Assembly: GCA_964639785.1 (NCBI GenBank)
Contig: CAZXEE010000002.1
Coordinates: 143,273-207,272, forward strand
Source: an uncultured Gammaproteobacteria bacterium
GTDB lineage: Bacteria; Patescibacteriota; Patescibacteriia; Patescibacteriales; UBA12465
Length of the DNA: 64,000 nucleotides
Direction: 5' to 3'
Shown here: positions 25,295 through 33,404 of the stretch, in pieces
Numbering within the stretch: position 1 is the stretch's first letter
Layout of the letters: every line of letters begins with the position of its first letter
The notes under the pieces: generated by a model
Databases searched by the model: none
What the model was told of the DNA's origin: nothing
Seen by the model: only the letters and a program-made list of their open reading frames with translations
Program-made: the position numbers and the translations under genes

Positions 25295-26698
25295 ATGAAT
25301 ATCAAAGGGAAAAATATTAAAACCGCTTATTTTATCGGGGTAAAGGGGGTCGGCATGACTATGTTGGCTCAGTTTTTGGTGGAAAGCGGCGTTCAGGTTT
25401 CCGGGTCGGACAATCCGGATGATTTTATGACCACCAAAGTGTTACTGAAGGAAGGGGTTAACATTAAGGCGCCATTCGCAGTCAAGAATATTCCGGCTAA
25501 AGTGGACCTGATTGTCCATTCTAGCGCTTTCAATGCCAAGAACAATGTTGAATTGCAATATCTTTTGGATAAGAGCCAAAAGAAGGCTGGCCGTTTGATC
25601 TTGGTCTATGCTGAAGCTTTGGGAGAAATTTTTAGCCAGTATGAGGGAATTGCAGTTTGTGGTAGTCATGGTAAGACGACAACCTCGGCTTGGTTGGGAT
25701 ACGTGCTTCACAAAGGCGGTTTGTCCCCGAATGTTTTAGTGGGAGCCCCGGTGCCGCAATTTAAAGGCAGCACTCTCAAAGGGAAGAGTCGGTATTTTGT
25801 GGCTGAGACCGATGAGTATCAGAACAAGCTGCAATATTTTTTTCCTCAAGGCATCCTACTGAACAATATTGATTACGACCATCCAGATTTTTTCAAGACT
25901 GAAAAGGATTATGTCAAAGTCTTTGCTGATTTTGTGAAGAAGGTTCCGGCAAATGGATTCTTAGTTTTTAATGCCGATGACCGGAAGGCTTTGAAGTTGT
26001 CGGAAAAATGTTTAGGACAATCCATGTCATATGCTTTGGATAATATGGCAGCTGATTATGTCGCGATGGATTTATCAGTCAAGAATGGCCGGCAATATTT
26101 TTCCGTCATCGAGAAGGGAAAGGATCTGGGTCGTTGGTCAATCTCGCTTTCTGGCCGGCATAATGTCTACAATGCTTTGGCAGTAATTGCTGCTTCCAAG
26201 AAATTGGGTATGAATTATTTTGATATCAAGAAAGCGATCTTATCTTTTTCAGGAACTGAAAGGCGCTTGCAGCTTTTAGGTAAATATCAGGGCGCTTTGA
26301 TTATCGATGATTATGCCCATCATCCGACTGAGATTAAGGCTACTTTGGCTGGGGTCAAGAAGATGTATGCCAATCGGAGAATCATTACGGTTTTTCATCC
26401 TCATACTTTTACCCGCACTAAAGCCTTGCTGGGTGATTTTTCTAAGAGTTTTGCAGATACTGACGAATTGGTGCTGCTCGATATCTATGGTTCGGCTCGG
26501 GAAAAACAGGGCGGAGTATCCAGTGCTGATCTGTTTCAGAGAATCAAAAAATATTCTCCGAATCTAGCCATTAACCATATTCCTACACTGGATAAGGTGG
26601 TTGAATATTTGAAATCCAGGGCCGGTAAGGATGATCTGATTCTCTTGATGGGGGCTGGCGATGTCTTTAGAGTCGGAAAAGAATTGTTGAAAAAATAA
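25295..26698 (+). CDS. murC: UDP-N-acetylmuramate--L-alanine ligase
   Basis: FIGVKGVGMTMLAQ and the P-loop GSHGKTTTSA, with a Mur ligase C-terminal domain. The track start TTG 25259 is replaced by ATG 25295. Confidence 0.9.
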   Translation: MNIKGKNIKTAYFIGVKGVGMTMLAQFLVESGVQVSGSDNPDDFMTTKVLLKEGVNIKAPFAVKNIPAKVDLIVHSSAFNAKNNVELQYLLDKSQKKAGRLILVYAEALGEIFSQYEGIAVCGSHGKTTTSAWLGYVLHKGGLSPNVLVGAPVPQFKGSTLKGKSRYFVAETDEYQNKLQYFFPQGILLNNIDYDHPDFFKTEKDYVKVFADFVKKVPANGFLVFNADDRKALKLSEKCLGQSMSYALDNMAADYVAMDLSVKNGRQYFSVIEKGKDLGRWSISLSGRHNVYNALAVIAASKKLGMNYFDIKKAILSFSGTERRLQLLGKYQGALIIDDYAHHPTEIKATLAGVKKMYANRRIITVFHPHTFTRTKALLGDFSKSFADTDELVLLDIYGSAREKQGGVSSADLFQRIKKYSPNLAINHIPTLDKVVEYLKSRAGKDDLILLMGAGDVFRVGKELLKK

Positions 26699-26708
26699 TT
26701 TATTAAAT

Positions 26709-27731
26709 ATGATCAATATCCAAAAGAAAATCAGATTGGATCAATATACGACTTTCAAGATCGGCGGTATCGCTGATTTTTTCGTGATTATCAAAAGCTT
26801 GGATGAATTGTTGGAAGCTTTAGCTTGGGCCAAGAAGAACAAACAGAAGCTGTTGTTTTTAGGTGGAGGTTCCAATACTTTGATTAATGACAAAGGATTC
26901 AGAGGGTTAGTAATCAAGAATGAGATCAAGGGGATGGAACGAGCCAAAGAAACCGAGAAATTCGTCTGGCTCAAGGCTCTAAGCGGAGAATGGTGGTCAT
27001 CCTTGGTTAATTTTGCCGTTGTTAATGATTGCTACGGCGCTGAGAACCTATTCTTGATTCCTGGTACGGTCGGAGCCGCTCCGATGCAGAACATCGGCGC
27101 TTATGGCGTGGAACTCAAGGATGTATTCGATAGCTTGGAAGCGGTGGAGCTCAAGACCGGGAAGATCAAGAAATTCAAAAAGGCGGAATGCTGTTTCGCT
27201 TATCGCCAGAGCGTTTTCAAAGGCAAGTTGAAGGGTAAGTATTTTATTTACAGCTTAACCTTGAAATTGAGCAAGACTCCAAAATTCAAATTGGATTATG
27301 GTGATATAAGGAAGACTTTAAATGACAAAAATATCACCAAACCCCAAGCCAAAGATGTTGTGGCTGCTATTATGGAAATCAGGAATAGCAAATTGCCTAA
27401 TCCGTCCATCCTGCCTAATGCCGGTTCTTTCTTCAAGAATCCGGAGATAAGCTCGGTGGCTTTTAAGAGGTTGCAAAAGAAGTTTCCAGATATCAAATCA
27501 TTCCCGACTGAGAAGGGGGTTAAGGTCCCGGCCGGTTGGCTGATCGAGCAATGCGGTTTCAAAGGCAAAGTTATCGGCAAGGTGGGGGCTCATGATAAGC
27601 AAGCTCTGGTTTTAGTTAATTATGGCGGAGCTCGGGCTCAGGATGTTATGAAATTGTCGGAGCGGATTATCAAGGCAGTCAAGGATAAGTATGGAATAAA
27701 ATTGGAAAGAGAAATCAATTATATTGAATAA
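26709..27731 (+). CDS. murB: UDP-N-acetylenolpyruvoylglucosamine reductase
   Basis: 340 aa. FAD-binding FKIGG...LGGGSN and AGSFFKNP, plus the MurB C-terminal domain. Confidence 0.9.
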   Translation: MINIQKKIRLDQYTTFKIGGIADFFVIIKSLDELLEALAWAKKNKQKLLFLGGGSNTLINDKGFRGLVIKNEIKGMERAKETEKFVWLKALSGEWWSSLVNFAVVNDCYGAENLFLIPGTVGAAPMQNIGAYGVELKDVFDSLEAVELKTGKIKKFKKAECCFAYRQSVFKGKLKGKYFIYSLTLKLSKTPKFKLDYGDIRKTLNDKNITKPQAKDVVAAIMEIRNSKLPNPSILPNAGSFFKNPEISSVAFKRLQKKFPDIKSFPTEKGVKVPAGWLIEQCGFKGKVIGKVGAHDKQALVLVNYGGARAQDVMKLSERIIKAVKDKYGIKLEREINYIE

Positions 27732-27744
27732 TAAATAAAATAAT

Positions 27745-28515
27745 ATGATAGTAAAAAAATCTTCATTAGAACCGCATCTTTTGTGCCGAAAAGGTGATGT
27801 CGCTCCCTATGTCTTGCTTCCGGGTGATCCGGGCCGGGTACTGAGAATGGCTAAGCTTTTGGACTCTGCTCGCGAGATTTCCTTCAATCGGGAATATCGG
27901 GTGGTAACCGGAAAATATCATGGGTTGCCGGTAACTATCTGTTCTACCGGTATTGGCGGTCCTTCGACAGCTATCGCTATGGAAGAATTGATCAATCTAG
28001 GTGCCCACACCTTTATCCGGGTCGGTTCTTGCGGCGGTTGCCAGAAGAATATCAAGATTGGCGATATAGTTATCCCAGACAGCGTTATTCGGGAGGATCA
28101 TACCTGTCTGGATTATGTCCCGCTCCAATTTCCGGCAGTGGCTGACAGGCATGTCCTTCGAGCCTTGGAAGACTCTGTCTCGGAGAATAAATTCAGATAC
28201 CATATTGGTCCGAGCCTTAGTTCTGATGCTTTATATTCCAAGGCTAACAAGGACCGGAAGACTATTTGGAACCAGTTCGGGGCCTTGGCTCAGGATATGG
28301 AAGCAGGCACTGTCTTGACTTTGGCTCGAGTCAGACAGGTTAGAGCTGGGACGATTTTGTTGGTGGTTGATGCCGAGGGCGAGAAGAATATCAAGGCAAA
28401 GATCGCCTTGTATTCTAGTGAAGCTAAGAGCGGCAAGGGCCAGTTAGTAGAGATGGAAAAGAGAGCGGTTATTGTTGCTTTGGAGGCTTTATTAAAAATA
28501 TCTAAGATAAAGTAA
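27745..28515 (+). CDS. Nucleoside phosphorylase, PNP/UDP-1 family (uridine / purine / 5'-deoxynucleoside phosphorylase-like)
   Basis: 256 aa. LPGDPGRV, STGIGGPS, RVGSCGG and DMEAGT motifs of hexameric-type nucleoside phosphorylases. Confidence 0.8.
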   Translation: MIVKKSSLEPHLLCRKGDVAPYVLLPGDPGRVLRMAKLLDSAREISFNREYRVVTGKYHGLPVTICSTGIGGPSTAIAMEELINLGAHTFIRVGSCGGCQKNIKIGDIVIPDSVIREDHTCLDYVPLQFPAVADRHVLRALEDSVSENKFRYHIGPSLSSDALYSKANKDRKTIWNQFGALAQDMEAGTVLTLARVRQVRAGTILLVVDAEGEKNIKAKIALYSSEAKSGKGQLVEMEKRAVIVALEALLKISKIK

Positions 28516-28516
28516 T

Positions 28517-29098
28517 ATGAGTAAGGAAAAATATATCGGGACTAAATTCAATATCGTCTTCGTCGGTAATTTCAAGCCGACCTTGAAAGAGAAGGCTATG
28601 ATCAAGGAAATGATCAAGGCTGGGAAACAGACTGGAAAAATGGGCATGAAGGACAAGAATGGCGGTAATATCAGTATTAGAACTAAGGAGGGGCTAATTA
28701 TCAAGCGGACCGGCGCTCATCCATATGAACTGAAGATTTCCGATTTTGTGTTAGTGGTTAAGGCTGACAAGGATACGGTTTGGGTCAAGGGTAATTATGA
28801 ACCGAGTTCTGAATCCCGTCTGCATCATTTAGTCTATCAGGCTCGTCCGGATGTTAATTGTGTCTTCCATGCTCATGACTTTTTGGTTTTGGAGAGCCAG
28901 AAAAAGCTTAAAGAAGCGGCCTGTCTCAAGCCTTATTCTTATGGCACCATCGAATCGGCCAGAGCAGTGGCTCGGGCAGCCAAGAAACATGATTATATTA
29001 TCCAGGAGAATCATGGCGTTATCGCTTTAGGCAAAAATATTAAGGATTCTTTAGATATAATGACTAAATACCATGAAAAGTTTAAATTACTTGCGTAA
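28517..29098 (+). CDS. Class II aldolase/adducin-family protein (MtnB / Ald2 / DrdA-like)
   Basis: 193 aa. GNISIR, SSESRLHHLVY, VFHAHD and QENHGVIALG match the metal-binding His pattern of class II aldolases. Confidence 0.75.
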   Translation: MSKEKYIGTKFNIVFVGNFKPTLKEKAMIKEMIKAGKQTGKMGMKDKNGGNISIRTKEGLIIKRTGAHPYELKISDFVLVVKADKDTVWVKGNYEPSSESRLHHLVYQARPDVNCVFHAHDFLVLESQKKLKEAACLKPYSYGTIESARAVARAAKKHDYIIQENHGVIALGKNIKDSLDIMTKYHEKFKLLA

Positions 29099-30134
29099 GA
29101 AGTTGCCTTTAACGGTGGAGTTAAAAGATGATCATGTCTTGATTATCGATCAGACTAAGCTGCCAGGAAGATTGAAATTTTTGAAATTAAAGAAATATAC
29201 TGATGCCATTTCAGCTATCAAGGAGATGCATGTTAGAGGCGCCCAGGCTATAGGCGCAGTCGGTGCCGGCGGGGTCTTTTTGGCTAGTTATAATTATAAA
29301 GGTAATGATTCTAAGAAATTTTATATTGATCTTAAGAGGATGGGGCGAGAAATTATAAAAGCCAGGCCAACTGCGGTTAATTTGGCTTGGGGCGTAAATG
29401 TCATATTGGATGATTTGGAAATTTTGCCTGTTATGAAAATGAAGACAATTATTAGAGATCGTTATCGGGATTTATTAAAGAGGGAAGTTGATAATAATCT
29501 AAAGATCGGTAAATATGGTAGCGTTTTGATTAAGAATGGCATGACTATCCTGACTCATTGCAACGCCGGTTCTTTGTCGGCTATCTGGTTTGGAACAGCT
29601 ACGGCTCCTATTTTCCATTCCATCTTGGAGGGAAAAGATGTTAGGGTTAGGTTGGATGAAACTCGGCCTTGGCTCCAAGGTGCCCGTTTAACCGCTTGGG
29701 AGATGGATAAAGCAGGAATTGATTATACTGTTAATATCGATTCTGCTTCCGGCTATCTAATGAGTCATGGTTTGGTTGATTTGGTTATCGTGGGGGCAGA
29801 CAGGATCACGGCTAATGGCGACACAGCTAACAAGATCGGTACTTACCCTCTAGCTCTAATGGCCCATAAACATCATATCCCTTTTTATGTAGCGGCAGTT
29901 TCAGCTACCATTGACCAGTCTCTCAGGGATGGTTCGGAAATCAAGATTGAAGAAAGGAGCGGAGAAGAGATTTTGCGTGATATCCGCTATAAATATGAGA
30001 AGATAGCGCCTAAGAGAGCTAAGTCTTTCAATCCGGTCTTTGACGTTACTCCTCACGAGTTGATTACAGGAATTATTACTGAATATGGGATATTGAAACC
30101 GGCTGATTTGAAAAGGTTGAAAAAGAAGGCCTAA
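29073..30134 (+). CDS. mtnA: S-methyl-5-thioribose-1-phosphate / 5-deoxyribose-1-phosphate isomerase (eIF-2B-related, MtnA family)
   Basis: 353 aa. THCNAGSLS, ETRPWLQGARLTAWEM and VGADRITANGDTANKIGTYPLALMAHKHHIPFYVAA. Confidence 0.85.
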   Translation: MKSLNYLRKKLPLTVELKDDHVLIIDQTKLPGRLKFLKLKKYTDAISAIKEMHVRGAQAIGAVGAGGVFLASYNYKGNDSKKFYIDLKRMGREIIKARPTAVNLAWGVNVILDDLEILPVMKMKTIIRDRYRDLLKREVDNNLKIGKYGSVLIKNGMTILTHCNAGSLSAIWFGTATAPIFHSILEGKDVRVRLDETRPWLQGARLTAWEMDKAGIDYTVNIDSASGYLMSHGLVDLVIVGADRITANGDTANKIGTYPLALMAHKHHIPFYVAAVSATIDQSLRDGSEIKIEERSGEEILRDIRYKYEKIAPKRAKSFNPVFDVTPHELITGIITEYGILKPADLKRLKKKA

Positions 30135-30193
30135 GGCATTAGGTAATATTTTTTAATATTTGTCAATATAAAGCTAATTTTGTAATTATCCCC

Positions 30194-30222
30194 TTGACAA
30201 AGGGGCCAGACGTGGTTATAAT
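30194..30222 (+). promoter_or_regulatory. Perfect consensus sigma70 promoter TTGACA-17-TATAAT
   Basis: TTGACA at 30194-30199, a 17-nt spacer, then TATAAT at 30217-30222. It is the closest match to consensus seen in the window. Confidence 0.7.
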
Positions 30223-30287
30223 AAGGTCATTATTAGATTTAGAAAATATTAATAATTTTTTAGGAAATAAACTTTGATAAGGTAGGG

Positions 30288-30309
30288 GCGTATCAGCCAT
30301 ACGCTTTTT
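30288..30309 (+). terminator. Short hairpin plus U5, about 70-80 nt downstream of the consensus promoter and 27 nt before infA
   Basis: GCGTAT / ATACGC 6-bp stem, CAGCC loop, TTTTT tail. Confidence 0.4.
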
Positions 30310-30336
30310 AAGTCTTTATCAATTTTTTTTGCGTTA

Positions 30337-30576
30337 ATGTCAAACAAAGAAAATCCGGTTTTAGATTCAAAAGAATTTATTGAAACCGAAGGAGAGGTCC
30401 TAGAATTAATGCCGTCAGCCACTTTCAAGGTGGCCCTGGCTAATGGGCACGAGATCTTAGCCCATTTGTCCGGTAAGATGCGCATGAATAAGATCAAGAT
30501 TCTTCCTGGCGATCGTGTTAGAATCCAGATCAGTCCTTATGACTTATCGAAGGGAAGAGTAACTTATCGTTTATAA
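30337..30576 (+). CDS. infA: Translation initiation factor IF-1
   Basis: 79 aa. [31 protein letters not shown]...[14 protein letters not shown] aligns along the S1-like fold of E. coli IF1. Confidence 0.9.
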   Translation: MSNKENPVLDSKEFIETEGEVLELMPSATFKVALANGHEILAHLSGKMRMNKIKILPGDRVRIQISPYDLSKGRVTYRL

Positions 30577-30650
30577 ACACATTGAAATAATTTAAAATCG
30601 CATGTAGCTTCGGCAACCTATACGTGTTATGTGCGGATTATAATTTGATT

Positions 30651-30764
30651 ATGAAAGTTAGAGCCAGCGCTAAGCCAATTTGTAAAGATTGTAAAGTCGT
30701 CCGTCGCAAGGGCCGAGTTTATGTTATCTGCAAGACCCCTAAACATAAACAAAGACAAGGTTAA
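30651..30764 (+). CDS. rpmJ: 50S ribosomal protein L36 (zinc-binding form)
   Basis: Hand-translated as [37 protein letters not shown] (37 aa). Too short for the ORF track. Sits in the canonical infA-rpmJ-rpsM position. Confidence 0.9.
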   Translation: MKVRASAKPICKDCKVVRRKGRVYVICKTPKHKQRQG

Positions 30765-30802
30765 TTGGGGATAATTAATAATTTTAATTTTTTTTAAACT
30801 TT

Positions 30803-31195
30803 ATGGCAGTAAGAATAGCCGGCGTGACCATCCCTACCGAAAAAAGAGTGGTAATCGCCTTAACCTATATCTATGGCATCGGCAATACTAAGGCCGCTTC
30901 GATCTTAGCCAAAGCTAAAATCGATCCGTCGGCTCGGGTTAACACCTTGAGTGATGATGAAGTCAATAGAATCAGAGAAATAATCGAAAAGAATAACTTG
31001 GTCGAAGGTGATTTGCGTCGCGATGTTGCTAGCAACATCAAACGTTTGAAAGAAATAGGATCTCTGCGCGGTTCTCGCCATGCCAAGAATTTACCAGCTC
31101 GTGGTCAAAGAACTAAGACTAATAGTCGTACCGTTCGTGGTAATAAGCGTGTTACCATGGGTTCAGGCCGAGCTAAAGCTGCTCAGAAAACCTAA
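30803..31195 (+). CDS. rpsM: 30S ribosomal protein S13
   Basis: RIAGVTIP...ALTYIYGIG...EGDLRR...[20 protein letters not shown]. Confidence 0.95.
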   Translation: MAVRIAGVTIPTEKRVVIALTYIYGIGNTKAASILAKAKIDPSARVNTLSDDEVNRIREIIEKNNLVEGDLRRDVASNIKRLKEIGSLRGSRHAKNLPARGQRTKTNSRTVRGNKRVTMGSGRAKAAQKT

Positions 31196-31226
31196 TAATT
31201 TGAATTAATAAAATAAGAATTTAAAT

Positions 31227-31844
31227 ATGGCAGAAGAAAAGAAACAACAGGATGAAGAAGCTACTATCGTAGCTGCTCCTGAAATCAATGAAGATGATGC
31301 TTTGGATGCAGATTTTGCTCCAGAGAGTCTTGATGATTTGGAAGATGACGATGACGAGGTAGAGGAAAGCGTTACTCAGATCATGTCCGCTGATGAAGAA
31401 TTACCGGAAGAAATCAAGCAAAAATTAGAAAAGAATAAACAGGCTAGAGCTAAGAAGAAATTAGTCAAGAAAAAGAAGCGGAAAGTAGCCAAAACCGTTA
31501 AATCCGGCAAGGCTTTCATTAACGCTACTTACAACAATACCATCTTATCTTTGACTGATAATAATGGTGATGTCATTTCTTGGGCCAGTGCCGGTTTAGC
31601 TGGCTTTAAGGGTGCTAAGAAAGCTACTCCTTATGCTGCTCAGATCATCACTAAGATTGCTGTCCAGAAGGCCAAGGAAGAATACGGCTTGGAAGAAGTT
31701 AAGGTTTTTGTTTCTGGTGTCGGTACCGGCCGTGAAGCAGCTATCCGCGCTTTGAATGCTAATGGTTTGAACGTGACCGTTATCAAGGATGTTACTCCAA
31801 TTCCACACAATGGTTGCCGTCCAAAGAAACCAAGACGTGTTTAG
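31227..31844 (+). CDS. rpsK: 30S ribosomal protein S11 with an N-terminal acidic/basic extension of about 85 aa
   Basis: The C-terminal 120 aa is canonical S11 ([14 protein letters not shown]...[15 protein letters not shown]). At 205 aa it is well above the roughly 130 aa typical length. Confidence 0.95.
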   Translation: MAEEKKQQDEEATIVAAPEINEDDALDADFAPESLDDLEDDDDEVEESVTQIMSADEELPEEIKQKLEKNKQARAKKKLVKKKKRKVAKTVKSGKAFINATYNNTILSLTDNNGDVISWASAGLAGFKGAKKATPYAAQIITKIAVQKAKEEYGLEEVKVFVSGVGTGREAAIRALNANGLNVTVIKDVTPIPHNGCRPKKPRRV

Positions 31845-31868
31845 TTAATCATTAAATAAAATCATTAT

Positions 31869-32498
31869 ATGGGAAAAAATTTAGCGCCAAAATGTAAGCA
31901 GTGCCGCCGCCTCGGAGAAAAATTACTCTTGAAAGGCGATCGTTGCGCTACTCCAAAATGCGCCATGGTAACACGTAATTATGTTCCTGGTATCCATGGT
32001 CCGAAAGGCAAGAAGCGTTCTAGCGACTACGGTTTGCAGTTAGCTGAAAAGCAGAAAGCTAGAAAGATTTATGGCCTGATGGAAAAACAATTCCGTTTAA
32101 CTTTTGATAAGGCTCGTCATCACGCTGGTGATACCGGTAAGAATTTCTTGAAATTCTTGGAAATGCGCTTGGATAATGTTGTCCATCGTGCTGGCTTCGG
32201 TGCTTCCCAGACCCAGGCTAGACAATTGGTTAACCACGGCCATTTTACAGTTAACAATCGCAAGGTTGATGTCCCGTCATTTGTTGTTAAGACTGGCGAT
32301 GTTATCAAAATCAAGAAAGCTAGTTCTAAAAATCGTTATTTTAGAGATTTAGGTGAAAAGATGAAGAAAGTCGAGCTTCCAAGCTGGTTGCATTTCGATG
32401 CTTCCGATCTTTCTATCAAGGTTTTGCATGAACCGGGAGAAAATGACATGCCAAAAAATGTGAACGTTCAGATGATCATCGAGTTCTACTCCAAATAA
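31869..32498 (+). CDS. rpsD: 30S ribosomal protein S4
   Basis: 209 aa. Has the N-terminal Cys cluster KCKQCRR...CATPKC and an S4 RNA-binding domain. Confidence 0.95.
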   Translation: MGKNLAPKCKQCRRLGEKLLLKGDRCATPKCAMVTRNYVPGIHGPKGKKRSSDYGLQLAEKQKARKIYGLMEKQFRLTFDKARHHAGDTGKNFLKFLEMRLDNVVHRAGFGASQTQARQLVNHGHFTVNNRKVDVPSFVVKTGDVIKIKKASSKNRYFRDLGEKMKKVELPSWLHFDASDLSIKVLHEPGENDMPKNVNVQMIIEFYSK

Positions 32499-32525
32499 TC
32501 ATTTGTTTCACTAAATTAATTAATT

Positions 32526-32585
32526 AATTGTTAAATTGCTAAATTGTTTTTTAAAAATAATTTAACATTCAACAATTTAACAATT
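32526..32585. repeat. 60-nt AT-rich imperfect palindrome (13-bp perfect outer arms) immediately upstream of rpoA
   Basis: AATTGTTAAATTG (32526-32538) is the exact reverse complement of CAATTTAACAATT (32573-32585). Inner arms TAAATTGTTTT / AAAATAATTTA also pair. TAAATTG and AATTTAACA are each duplicated. Confidence 0.7.
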
Positions 32586-32590
32586 TGTTT

Positions 32591-33376
32591 ATGGAAAAAA
32601 TTTCTCTACCTAAAAAAATTGAATTTAAGAATGGTGAACAGCCTCACGAAGGCGTAGTGACCGTTGAACCTTTATATCCTGGTTACGGCATGACTTTGGG
32701 TAATTCCTTACGTCGCGTCTTATTATCTTCTTTGTCTGGCGCTGCCGTTGTTGGCGTCAAGATCAAAGGTGCTAGCCATGAATTTATGGCTATTCCTAAC
32801 GTTAAAGAAGATGTTTTGGAAATCGTTTTGAATTTGAAACAATTGCGTTTCAAGATGCACAGCGAGGAAGAAATCAAATTAGAATTGTCCGTTTCTGGTA
32901 AGAAGGCTGTAAAGGCTTCAGATATCACCAAGAATAGCCAGGTAGAAATTATCAATCCAGATTTAGTTTTAGCTAACATCACTGATCCAGCTGGAAATTT
33001 GAATATGGAAATCTATATCCGTCCAGGACGTGGTTATCAGTTGACTGAAAGCGACAAGAAAGCTAGCAATGAGATCGGTTATATTGAAGTTGACGCTATT
33101 TTTTCCCCAATTTTGGCAGTTTCTAGCAATGTGGAGAATGTCCGTGTTGGTAAGATGACTAACTGGGACAAGCTGATTATTAATATCAAGACTGATGGCA
33201 CTATCACTTATGAGGAAGCTTTCAAGGAATCCGCTCAGATCTTAATTGATCAATTCAACGCTTTGTTGTCTGGTCCGGAAAAGGAAGAGGCTGAAGAAGC
33301 GGAAGAGGAAGAAGTTGAAACAGAAGAAGCGGAAGAGGAAGTAAAGGAAAAGAAAGCTAAAAAAGCTAAAAAATAA
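32591..33376 (+). CDS. rpoA: DNA-directed RNA polymerase alpha subunit, N-terminal domain only, with an acidic/lysine tail
   Basis: The alpha-NTD motifs are clear (GYGMTLGNSLRRVLLSSLSGAAV, IYIRPGRGY). The ORF ends after about 225 aa of NTD plus EKEEAEEAEEEEVETEEAEEEVKEKKAKKAKK. No alpha-CTD helix-hairpin-helix sequence is present. ATG 32591 is preferred to TTG 32585. Confidence 0.9.
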   Translation: MEKISLPKKIEFKNGEQPHEGVVTVEPLYPGYGMTLGNSLRRVLLSSLSGAAVVGVKIKGASHEFMAIPNVKEDVLEIVLNLKQLRFKMHSEEEIKLELSVSGKKAVKASDITKNSQVEIINPDLVLANITDPAGNLNMEIYIRPGRGYQLTESDKKASNEIGYIEVDAIFSPILAVSSNVENVRVGKMTNWDKLIINIKTDGTITYEEAFKESAQILIDQFNALLSGPEKEEAEEAEEEEVETEEAEEEVKEKKAKKAKK

Positions 33377-33404
33377 TTTTATATAATAATAATTCCTGAA
33401 AGGT

